From positions 1 to 33,313 of IMG/VR virus record IMGVR_UViG_3300027785_000072: a stretch of DNA of 33,313 nucleotides; one strand, given 5' to 3'. Under the pieces are notes generated by a model that had not been told where the DNA came from, searched no databases, and saw only the letters and a program-made list of their open reading frames with translations. Position 1 is the stretch's first letter. Each line of letters starts with the position of its first letter. Source of the DNA: a virus. Lineage: Duplodnaviria; Caudoviricetes. Position numbers and translations under genes: made by a program. Below are positions 19,719 through 26,915 of this stretch, piece after piece.

Positions 19719-20296
19719 TGCATAATAATTAAATAAAGAGCGTTTCCGTTCGTGTTTTCATTTCCCATTGTTTCAGTATATTTATACTCTTCGGTTGTTT
19801 TAATGTCTGCCATTGCGTTTTTAATCTGTTCCGCTTGTTCATCTGCAAGGGTGAAAGTCATTTGTTGAAACGGCGCTTTGTCTCCATCAGGTAAACTAAA
19901 TTCAGTTCCTAATTCATCAGCGTTTAAATCAAAGCCGGGCAAATCCAATCCCCAATCCTCTAATTTTTCGGTGTCCCATTCATTCGCTAATTCACTCCAA
20001 TCCCATTCTCCAAACCCTACGTTATCTTTAACTATGAATTCGTGTTTTTGTTCCTCTGTCAGGTCGTTTGCTTTGATTATAAACACTTCCTTTAATCCAG
20101 CCTCAATACACGCTTTAAAACGCATATTTCCGCCTAAAATGATATTGTTTTCATCAACTACAATCGGTCTTATTTCCAACATTTGCGGAAAATCTTTTAT
20201 TGATTGAACCAATTTGACAAACTTATCATTTTTGATAATTCTGGGGTTTGATTTATTCGGTATTACTTCCTTAATGGTTACTTTTTGTGTTATCAT
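19697..20296 (-). CDS. ParB/Srx N-terminal domain protein (199 aa)
   Basis: PNKSNPRII, RPIVVDENNIILGGNMRFKA, IVKDNVGFGEWD. Confidence 0.85.
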   Translation of the reverse strand: MITQKVTIKEVIPNKSNPRIIKNDKFVKLVQSIKDFPQMLEIRPIVVDENNIILGGNMRFKACIEAGLKEVFIIKANDLTEEQKHEFIVKDNVGFGEWDWSELANEWDTEKLEDWGLDLPGFDLNADELGTEFSLPDGDKAPFQQMTFTLADEQAEQIKNAMADIKTTEEYKYTETMGNENTNGNALYLIIMQWAGQRK

Positions 20297-20457
20297 TTTT
20301 TCGTGTTTCTGTAAGGTACTATTTTATTCAATAAATCCTTTCGTTTTCCGCAGTTGCACGTCTTAATAACGCTCTTTACTACTTTGGCTATTCCTGTTGC
20401 TTCGAGGATGTTCTCTACTGAGTCACCTAGCCCGATTGGATTCTTATTCAACCCCAT
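20293..20457 (-). CDS. Small protein with a GLGD...TGI...CxC motif (54 aa)
   Basis: Not in the track. MGLNKNPIGLGDSVENILEATGIAKVV...TCNCGKRKDLLN; ATGA-coupled to the ParB gene. Confidence 0.75.
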   Translation of the reverse strand: MGLNKNPIGLGDSVENILEATGIAKVVKSVIKTCNCGKRKDLLNKIVPYRNTKK

Positions 20458-20679
20458 TTAGATGAATAATCTTATTGTCCAATAAATGCCTAAAATCACT
20501 CCTAATGACAATACACGTGTGAATGAAGATGCCATCTCTTTTTGACCTTCAAACCACGTTGTTATTTTTGATTGTTGTAACCACGGCAAAAAGAATAACA
20601 TTGCTCTATCAATAAAGAAGATTATTCCAAATATTGGTAGCAAGGTTATTCCTAACGCTACTTTTAGTTTTTTGTTCAT
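20458..20679 (-). CDS. Small membrane protein (73 aa, two hydrophobic segments)
   Basis: Start moved to ATG 20679, downstream of the leader hairpin. Confidence 0.7.
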   Translation of the reverse strand: MNKKLKVALGITLLPIFGIIFFIDRAMLFFLPWLQQSKITTWFEGQKEMASSFTRVLSLGVILGIYWTIRLFI

Positions 20680-20698
20680 AATTGTTCGTTTTAATGTT

Positions 20699-20739
20699 AA
20701 AAATACGCACAAAGGTTATATCTCTACTTCCCTTGTGCG
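20699..20739 (-). terminator. Terminator/attenuator-like hairpin
   Basis: CGCACAAGGG-14 nt-CCTTTGTGCG then TATTTTT. Confidence 0.55.
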
Positions 20740-20765
20740 CTACAAAACCTAAACACTAGTCAATG

Positions 20766-20773
20766 CAAAGGTA
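20766..20773 (-). promoter_or_regulatory. -7 promoter box TACCTTTG
   Basis: TAnnTTTG in the intergenic gap ahead of the ParB/Mom/packaging genes. Confidence 0.55.
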
Positions 20774-21037
20774 TTAATTTTCGTTTGAATAACGTAAAAA
20801 ATAAATATAGTGCAAATGTCCGATTGATTTAGTGGTTAATATTCCTATTTCGTGTTTTCGTAGTTCCTGTTTCAATTTCCAAATGTTAATGCTTTTTTGC
20901 ACGCATATTGTTGGTATAGCATCCGTTTTAAAGCCTATCGAGTAACCTATCAAGGCTTCTTTATACTTTACGGTTATTATCGTTGCTAGCAACTCTTCGG
21001 TCGGTATTCCATTTAGATATTTAGCGCATTTTTCCAC
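20774..21037 (-). CDS. Hypothetical protein (87 aa)
   Basis: GTG start after an A-rich tract. Confidence 0.55.
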   Translation of the reverse strand: MEKCAKYLNGIPTEELLATIITVKYKEALIGYSIGFKTDAIPTICVQKSINIWKLKQELRKHEIGILTTKSIGHLHYIYFLRYSNEN

Positions 21038-21066
21038 GTGTTTTTTGCGAAAGATAATGAATAAAT

Positions 21067-21120
21067 TGATAACAAAGTATAAGCGGCATTGAAAAACGCC
21101 CGCCTATACGATAGTTATGG
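21067..21120. mobile_element. attC-like recombination hairpin (54 bp)
   Basis: TGATAAC-AAA-GTATAAGCGGC...GCCCGCCTATAC-GATA-GTTATGG: AAC/GTT cores, unpaired spacer, one extrahelical base. Confidence 0.65.
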
Positions 21121-21211
21121 TAAAGTGGCTGATTTGAGTTATCTGCGAGGTAATTAATACACCAACAGCTTATCTTATCTAAATAGTTCCGAGAAACTAA
21201 CGCCACCTATC

Positions 21212-21603
21212 CCATAACAGCAAGTAAAAGAAATTAAGGAGTTTCGTTCTTCGATTCAAGTTCTTTTCTACAAAAAGTTAAAGCACGTTCTAATACTTCA
21301 AGGCTTTCAATATTTGCAAATAACAATCTAACATAATCTTTTGATTCAGTTTCTAAATCTAAATCTTGACCTATATTGTTTTTATCACTTAATATTGAAA
21401 GGTCTATGAATGGAAATTTGTGTTTTTCTTCTAATGTATTTTTATCAGAAAAAGTAATTCTACCTGATTTCACACCCACAATACCAAATCCAAATTCGTA
21501 AACTTTCAAGTATTTTATTATTTTAACTTTTTGTGTTTCTTTTTTCATCTTTCGTTATTTTTTAATTAGTTCCTTAACTTCTTTTACTTGCCTACCGTTA
21601 TAA
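21212..21603. mobile_element. Long attC-like element whose two arms enclose a gene
   Basis: Left arm CCATAAC-AG-CAAGTAAAAGAAATTAAGGA (21212-21240); right arm TCCTTAACTTCTTTTACTTG-CCTACC-GTTATAA (21571-21603); 19/20 inverted match. Confidence 0.65.
21234..21548 (-). CDS. Hypothetical cargo protein inside the attC-like arms (104 aa)
   Basis: Very AT-rich; its stop codon lies in the left repeat arm. Confidence 0.75.
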   Translation of the reverse strand: MKKETQKVKIIKYLKVYEFGFGIVGVKSGRITFSDKNTLEEKHKFPFIDLSILSDKNNIGQDLDLETESKDYVRLLFANIESLEVLERALTFCRKELESKNETP

Positions 21604-21604
21604 A

Positions 21605-21814
21605 TCATTTCGATTCTAAATAATTGTAGTAACTTCTCTTCCCGTTACTTAAGGATTTATCGTTTGCTGAGTCGATTGGGTCTAAATAGTAGTAAACCTT
21701 CTTTTCTATCCGTGTTTTTATCACCTTTTTTTCGGGCTTCAATATCCAAAATACTGCGAATACTTGCGCACAAATTACGATAAACACTCCGATTTTAAAT
21801 ATTGCTAGTTTCAT
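21605..21814 (-). CDS. Small single-TM protein (69 aa)
   Basis: N-terminal hydrophobic helix; stop lies 1 nt from the TTATAAC core. Confidence 0.65.
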   Translation of the reverse strand: MKLAIFKIGVFIVICAQVFAVFWILKPEKKVIKTRIEKKVYYYLDPIDSANDKSLSNGKRSYYNYLESK

Positions 21815-22022
21815 AATCTAATAGATATTTGCCTATTTTCTCTAGTGTTGTCGTGTGAAGACCTTTAGTCGTGTTTTCAGCGTTTAAATATAGCCAAATT
21901 TGATTTTGACTCAATCCTGCATCTCTTGAAAACTTCGCTAATGTGATATTTTCAGTGAGTAAATGGAGCTGTATCATTTCCCTTGCTAAGCTGTTAACTT
22001 TAGATAGTTGTTTTGCTGTCAT
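21795..22022 (-). CDS. XRE/Cro-like HTH regulator (75 aa)
   Basis: ITLAKFSRDAGLSQNQIWLYLN...LHTTTLEKI. Confidence 0.7.
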   Translation of the reverse strand: MTAKQLSKVNSLAREMIQLHLLTENITLAKFSRDAGLSQNQIWLYLNAENTTKGLHTTTLEKIGKYLLDYETSNI

Positions 22023-22237
22023 TCTTTCGTGTTTTTAAATGTTTCATTGTAGTATTTTTCAAATTCTTTTTTATGGAATGATAAACTATTTTCTCCATTC
22101 ACATAATTAGTTTTAATGTATTCCCACATCTGTTGCTTTTCCATTTCTTTGGCTTTTTGCAATAGCTCTTCAAACTTTTGATTTGTTATCAATTTCCCCC
22201 CTTTGATTTCTCCTGCTATCCATTCTACCGCTGTCAT
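22019..22237 (-). CDS. Hypothetical protein of the TAVEW...AKEMEKQQ...YYNETF type (72 aa)
   Basis: Motif pattern I recognise as recurrent in freshwater Bacteroidota phages. Confidence 0.75.
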   Translation of the reverse strand: MTAVEWIAGEIKGGKLITNQKFEELLQKAKEMEKQQMWEYIKTNYVNGENSLSFHKKEFEKYYNETFKNTKE

Positions 22238-22254
22238 AATTTTATTTTTAAAGG

Positions 22255-22464
22255 TTAGTATCCATTTATTTCACCCCAACTTGGGTAATCTTTTTCATTT
22301 TCTTTGTCTAATTCATCAATTTCTTTATCTGTTAAAATAGTCTTGTTATTTTTAAAACCATTCATCAATTTTAAAATTGAAGTTTTCAAGTTATTATCAT
22401 TTACAATTTCTGTAAATTCTTTTGCATCTTTTGTGGCTTTGTTGTAATATTCTATTGCCGTCAT
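22255..22464 (-). CDS. Hypothetical protein (69 aa)
   Basis: MTAIEY start paralogous to its neighbour. Confidence 0.65.
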   Translation of the reverse strand: MTAIEYYNKATKDAKEFTEIVNDNNLKTSILKLMNGFKNNKTILTDKEIDELDKENEKDYPSWGEINGY

Positions 22465-22476
22465 TTTTTCGTGTTT

Positions 22477-22692
22477 TTAAAGGTTTCGTTTTAAACTTTC
22501 AAGTCTTGAAAATACTCGTATTATACTTGAATCATTACCATAAATTCGAAGCATTTCTAATACTGATTCATTCTCTTCTATTTGTGCTTTTAATTTTTCT
22601 TGCTTTTTTTCTGTATTTTCAATCTTTATTGTGGTCTTTCATCGGCTGTTGGCTCCTCGTTCATGTTCTTTCGATAACTGTTTACGTGACAT
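22477..22692 (-). pseudogene. 71-codon ORF interrupted by one in-frame TGA
   Basis: ATG 22692, MSRKQLSKEHERGANSR*KTTIKIENTEKK...SLKRNL; TGA at 22639-22641. Confidence 0.55.
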
Positions 22693-22732
22693 TATATTAT
22701 TATTACTCGTCTACGACTTACAGACCTATTAA

Positions 22733-23074
22733 TTAAAAAGGAAAATTGTCGTTTTCAACCGTGTTTTGTATTAGCACGTTTGTCACAGCGTTATTCAAGT
22801 CTAAAACGTCCAACTTCCAACCTTCCAAAGTATTAAAACACGTCTCAACACCTGCTGCATTCGTCCATAAACGCCCTTTAATATTGATTTCTATACCTAC
22901 CTTATTACCTACTGCTAAATTCTGTAGCAAGGCACACTTGTCATTTACAAACTGAATTGATAAATATTGCTTGTATGGTCCTTCATCTACTTCTAAAATA
23001 ACATCTTGTTTAGTGAATTTCTCACTCTTAACCTCTTTTGTGCCAATTTTGTACACTAACCCTTCAATTTTCAT
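22733..23074 (-). CDS. DUF3127-type single-stranded DNA-binding protein (113 aa)
   Basis: FTKQDVIL, YKQYLSIQFVNDK, INIKGRLW, FNTLEGWK; acidic tail ending DNFPF. Confidence 0.88.
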   Translation of the reverse strand: MKIEGLVYKIGTKEVKSEKFTKQDVILEVDEGPYKQYLSIQFVNDKCALLQNLAVGNKVGIEINIKGRLWTNAAGVETCFNTLEGWKLDVLDLNNAVTNVLIQNTVENDNFPF

Positions 23075-23751
23075 AATCTATTTTTTAACTGTTGATAATA
23101 TTCACGTGCAACCTCTACACGTTCTTTAATTTTCTCTTGTGCGGCTTCGTCTTTTTGTACGATAAATCTTTTAACCCTTAATTCATCCGGTATGTGGTCG
23201 AAATTATGCATCTTTTGTACAGCATCTCGAACTTCCAAATCCTCTTCTATTAAATTTAACTTCCAATGCTGGCGACGTATCTCATCTTCTACAATCAATA
23301 ACGGCGTGTTCATCAAACAGTATACAAGTTCGCTTGTATCGTGTCCTGTAAGCTGCATATAACCTTGCAATTGATAGTAATAATCTTTGTTTTTAAGCGT
23401 TTCGTCAAATAAAGGAAATGTACTACCGTTCCAAGAACATTTTATATCCGCAAGTAAGGAATCAGTATTAATGTCCGGCTCGCCCGTTATCCAATCGTTA
23501 TTAAACCTGGTCTCATTTTTAACTACGAAATCCCAATTTAATACCTCTGAGGCAAACTGAATAGCTTCGTCCTCCATCTCCAAGCCTTTATCAGTATATC
23601 GGCTAGAAAACTCCTTATAAATACCCAGTTCACGCTCTTTGAATAAGTCTTGAATATAACTCTTTGCCGTTTCTGACAATGTTTCGCTTTTTGTTCGTGA
23701 GTCCGTCATCAGCTTTCCAAGTGACGAACATCTAAATAGTAACTCTTTCAT
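23071..23751 (-). CDS. YqaJ/lambda-exonuclease-like nuclease (226 aa)
   Basis: RCSSLG, KGLEMEDEA, TGEPD, DIKCSW, YYYQLQGYM. Confidence 0.85.
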   Translation of the reverse strand: MKELLFRCSSLGKLMTDSRTKSETLSETAKSYIQDLFKERELGIYKEFSSRYTDKGLEMEDEAIQFASEVLNWDFVVKNETRFNNDWITGEPDINTDSLLADIKCSWNGSTFPLFDETLKNKDYYYQLQGYMQLTGHDTSELVYCLMNTPLLIVEDEIRRQHWKLNLIEEDLEVRDAVQKMHNFDHIPDELRVKRFIVQKDEAAQEKIKERVEVAREYYQQLKNRL

Positions 23752-24335
23752 AACAATTTCAATGCTGATTTTTGCAAATCGGTTAACTCAAATTTAAATA
23801 AATCTTCTTTTTTCGCCTTTCCGTCATTTACTGCGATAATAGCCTTTTCAAAACGTTCGTTTGATATCGGTTGTTTAACTACTTTTGCAGCTTCATTTCC
23901 ATCGTCATCAACAGCTTGCATTGATAATAGTGATTGTAAAGTACCTCTTCGATAATAAGTTATGGAAGCGATTAATTTCTGAGGGTCTGTAATCTCAGGA
24001 AGTTTTAAAATGCTTTCGATTTTGTTTCCGTTTTCAATATCTATTATCTGAGTACACACACAGCCCTCTAAAATAGGTTGTAAGAGTATTAAACCATATT
24101 TTAATAGGATTGGTTCGGTTGCTTCTAAAATAGCGTTTAAATCGGCATATTTTGATTTAAAGAAAGGATTGTTACTTCCTTTCGTAACTTTTCCGATTTC
24201 CTGCTTAGCTAAATGTAGCTTGTGGTAAATTCCATTTGGTTTTGGTAAATCAATTAAATTGTCTACTTCTTTAACTGCGTTTTGCTTTGAGATTTCCAAG
24301 TAATCTTCAAAACTTAATTTTTCTTCTGTACTCAT
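23748..24335 (-). CDS. ERF-family ssDNA annealing protein (195 aa)
   Basis: NPFFKSKYADL, DPQKLIASITYYRRGTL, DDDGN. Confidence 0.92.
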   Translation of the reverse strand: MSTEEKLSFEDYLEISKQNAVKEVDNLIDLPKPNGIYHKLHLAKQEIGKVTKGSNNPFFKSKYADLNAILEATEPILLKYGLILLQPILEGCVCTQIIDIENGNKIESILKLPEITDPQKLIASITYYRRGTLQSLLSMQAVDDDGNEAAKVVKQPISNERFEKAIIAVNDGKAKKEDLFKFELTDLQKSALKLL

Positions 24336-24359
24336 TTGACTTGTTTTAGTTTTGTTTTA

Positions 24360-24388
24360 CAAATATAAACTTTCTTTTTATATAAACA
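24360..24388 (-). promoter_or_regulatory. Promoter (TATATTTG) with an overlapping palindromic operator
   Basis: TAnnTTTG at 24360-24367; ATATAAA-N7-TTTATAT at 24363-24383. Confidence 0.7.
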
Positions 24389-24392
24389 ACTA

Positions 24393-24938
24393 TTATTTTA
24401 ATTTATTTTTATAAATGTTGATTATTTCTTTTAATTCATCAATGCTATACTTCTTTTCAGCGTGTGCAATACTATCTAAATATTCGAGTTTTGCTATTCC
24501 GTATTTTCGTATAAATCCAATTCTGTAATTATTCGGGTCTCCGCTTAAATCTTTGTTGCAAGGTCTAGAACATTGACTATTTACATTAAGTTCATTAAAT
24601 CGCACGTTTGCGTGTCCTCCTGCGCTCCATAGGTGACCTGCGTCACAATTACCCTCTTTAATTGCTTTACCACAGCTTATACAATTCAATCCTTCGTCTC
24701 TTTGTCTTATCCACTTATTAAAGACCTGTTGAGCAATTTTAAGATAGTCTTGTAAAGTAAGCATATCTTTTTTCAGTTTCGATTTTCTTTCGCTCCATTC
24801 CTTTGAGTCGCTTTTTTTCTTTTGTTCGAGTTTTTGTAGGGCTTCAATTAGCTTACAGTCGCTGTTCCAGCAATATTTTTCTAAAGTTGAAAATCTCGGT
24901 TCAAATGGTTCTCGGCATTCCTTGCACTTTTTGCTCAT
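24393..24938 (-). CDS. ninG: NinG/Rap recombination nuclease (181 aa)
   Basis: KCKEC, AQQVFNKWIRQRD, CISCG, DAGH, RFNELNVNSQC. Confidence 0.92.
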   Translation of the reverse strand: MSKKCKECREPFEPRFSTLEKYCWNSDCKLIEALQKLEQKKKSDSKEWSERKSKLKKDMLTLQDYLKIAQQVFNKWIRQRDEGLNCISCGKAIKEGNCDAGHLWSAGGHANVRFNELNVNSQCSRPCNKDLSGDPNNYRIGFIRKYGIAKLEYLDSIAHAEKKYSIDELKEIINIYKNKLK

Positions 24939-24939
24939 A

Positions 24940-25620
24940 TTAAAATAGTTTTTGTTGTATTCCTATGTTTCTTTTTATACCCCATTGTGAAGCCATTGCT
25001 TCTGCTATTCCTGGAAACGTTTTACTTCTTAATGTTCGTCTTTCTTCTTTATTATAGCCGTGTTTCATAAAAGCGTCAGCATACCACTGCGGCTGTTTTT
25101 TTATTTTACCCGTTTTTTTATCAGTCCATTCGAAAAATTCTCCTTTACCAACTATTTTTGTAGGTTGTAAGTGAGGTAAATTCTTTAACCATAAACAAGT
25201 ACTTTTTTGAGCTTCATCTCCAAACATCCAAGGTTGTATTATTTGGTCTGGTTCTCTAATAAAAGAACTAATTACTGATACAGGATTTTCAATACAAATT
25301 CGGTCAATATCTACATCCATCAATTTATGAACAAATTCCAAAGCATCCATTTGATTGTTCCATCTTTCTTCATTTCTGCTACCATCTTTATTATACATCC
25401 ATCCAGCACCACTAACTGATAAAAAAGTGCAAGGAGGATGAAATATTCCAACATCAAATCTTTCTTCACGTTCTAAAACATCAAATATAGATTCTTGAAA
25501 ATGCCATTCAGGATGACCACCACTGCAAGGAAGTAAATCACAACTAAATGCTTCAATACCTATTTTTCTAAACGCTTTTGTAACAGCCTGACTTTCTTCA
25601 CATCCTATAATAACTCTCAT
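24940..25620 (-). CDS. Short C5 cytosine DNA methyltransferase-like protein (226 aa)
   Basis: GCEESQAV, SCDLLP, FHPPC (catalytic PC), IENPV, RSKTFPGIAEAMASQW. Confidence 0.82.
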   Translation of the reverse strand: MRVIIGCEESQAVTKAFRKIGIEAFSCDLLPCSGGHPEWHFQESIFDVLEREERFDVGIFHPPCTFLSVSGAGWMYNKDGSRNEERWNNQMDALEFVHKLMDVDIDRICIENPVSVISSFIREPDQIIQPWMFGDEAQKSTCLWLKNLPHLQPTKIVGKGEFFEWTDKKTGKIKKQPQWYADAFMKHGYNKEERRTLRSKTFPGIAEAMASQWGIKRNIGIQQKLF

Positions 25621-25910
25621 ATCCCAGTCATTAAATTAGCGTTTATTTCCTTTAATTTTTCCATCTCAAATCTTAACTCCATATTTTCCTTATGGAAGTT
25701 GAAATTCATCTTTTGCAATGTATCGAATTCTTTGCTTTGTTGTTTAAATATTAAAAATGTTTCATTCATTTGGCGAAGGTGTTTTTCCATTCCTTGAATA
25801 AATACTTTTCGTTCAGGGTTCTTTTCCCTCAATTCATCAACAGTAAATTTCAACGATTCGATTATTGCTACTATGTTTGTTTGGGCAATTATTACGTCTA
25901 AATATTCCAT
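25617..25910 (-). CDS. Hypothetical coiled-coil protein (97 aa)
   Basis: ORF coupled to its neighbours. Confidence 0.7.
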   Translation of the reverse strand: MEYLDVIIAQTNIVAIIESLKFTVDELREKNPERKVFIQGMEKHLRQMNETFLIFKQQSKEFDTLQKMNFNFHKENMELRFEMEKLKEINANLMTGI

Positions 25911-25919
25911 AATTTTTAT

Positions 25920-26915
25920 TTAAAAAGGTAAATTTTGATTGTTCAAAGTGTGATAAGATTCTGAAAAACTTTTTAATTCATTGACTGATTTTTGATTGTG
26001 GTTTTTTCTATCTGCATAAATTTCTTTATTTGAATAGTCTTTAATGTAATATTGGTATTTTTCAATATTAAGAAACATTTTGTAAGTTCCGTTTTTACTC
26101 ACTCCTTTTGGTTTGGATTTCGCTATCCTAACGTGAAGTTCATTTTCAGCAAAATAACCGCTTTCATTCTCTGCTATTCCTGCTGGAGGTCTCCAAAGTG
26201 TTATCATTAATAAACCTTTTCTAAACCATACTTGACCGCCTGCTAAATCTCTTGCGCTTGGTGCAGGGTAATATGTTACTCCGTCTTTTGTTACTGGTTG
26301 CTGGTCCCGAACGTGTGTTATAATACAATTATGTCGGTTCTTTTTTCGGGCGTTTTTACGTGCATATCCTAAAATTCTGCTTAAATATTTATCTTCACGT
26401 CCCAAATCATTTGGCTCAAATTGCTCTGTAAGTTCATTCCAAGGGTCAATTGTCGTTGTGTGAATCGTTATATTCAAATCATTTTCGATATTATCAACTA
26501 TTTTATAAAATTCTGTTACTATTAAATCTTCATCTATTGGGTCAATAACGATAAAATGTTCGTTTATAAAATATTCAGCTTTTGCCCGTTCACTTTCTGT
26601 CATTGAATTTTCTCCGTTAACGTATTTTTTTCCTATGTATTTATGACAAAGTTCTGAAAATATATCTTTTGAGTCGCCAGTCTCAGGAGAATAAACTACG
26701 TGGTTCCATCCGTGCAAACAACTTAAATTGATTAATATTTCAAACCACCATTCCGTTTTTCCACTTGCAGGAGCAGCTCCTATAAAAGTTGTACATTTCA
26801 GTTTTATAGTCAGTGGCAATTGTTCCCAACTCCATCCCATATCTTTGCCTCTTTCAACTCCATTTGTTCTGAAATGGTCTAATTCGGTCTTTACGTTTTC
26901 AAGTCTTTTATACAT
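25920..26915 (-). CDS. SF4 (DnaB/Twinkle-like) replicative helicase (331 aa)
   Basis: Walker A GAAPASGKT, YSPE, IDPWNE, DLAGG, IAKSK. Confidence 0.85.
   Translation of the reverse strand: MYKRLENVKTELDHFRTNGVERGKDMGWSWEQLPLTIKLKCTTFIGAAPASGKTEWWFEILINLSCLHGWNHVVYSPETGDSKDIFSELCHKYIGKKYVNGENSMTESERAKAEYFINEHFIVIDPIDEDLIVTEFYKIVDNIENDLNITIHTTTIDPWNELTEQFEPNDLGREDKYLSRILGYARKNARKKNRHNCIITHVRDQQPVTKDGVTYYPAPSARDLAGGQVWFRKGLLMITLWRPPAGIAENESGYFAENELHVRIAKSKPKGVSKNGTYKMFLNIEKYQYYIKDYSNKEIYADRKNHNQKSVNELKSFSESYHTLNNQNLPF

Noticed and set aside
21021-21206. 61-aa minus-strand ORF
   Set aside because: It runs through the attC-like hairpin and the inverted cassette ends, has a GTG start inside the repeat, and shows no protein-like features.
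22639-22641. Genome-wide TGA recoding
   Set aside because: Many genes end in TGA with ATGA coupling (e.g. 7005, 22019, 23071, 32238), and the long genes are intact under the standard code.
22633-22727. Hammerhead-like or other ribozyme (GGTCT...CCGATGA...AGACC)
   Set aside because: The CUGANGA and GAAA cores and stems II and III cannot be assembled in the right order; an interrupted ORF explains the region better.
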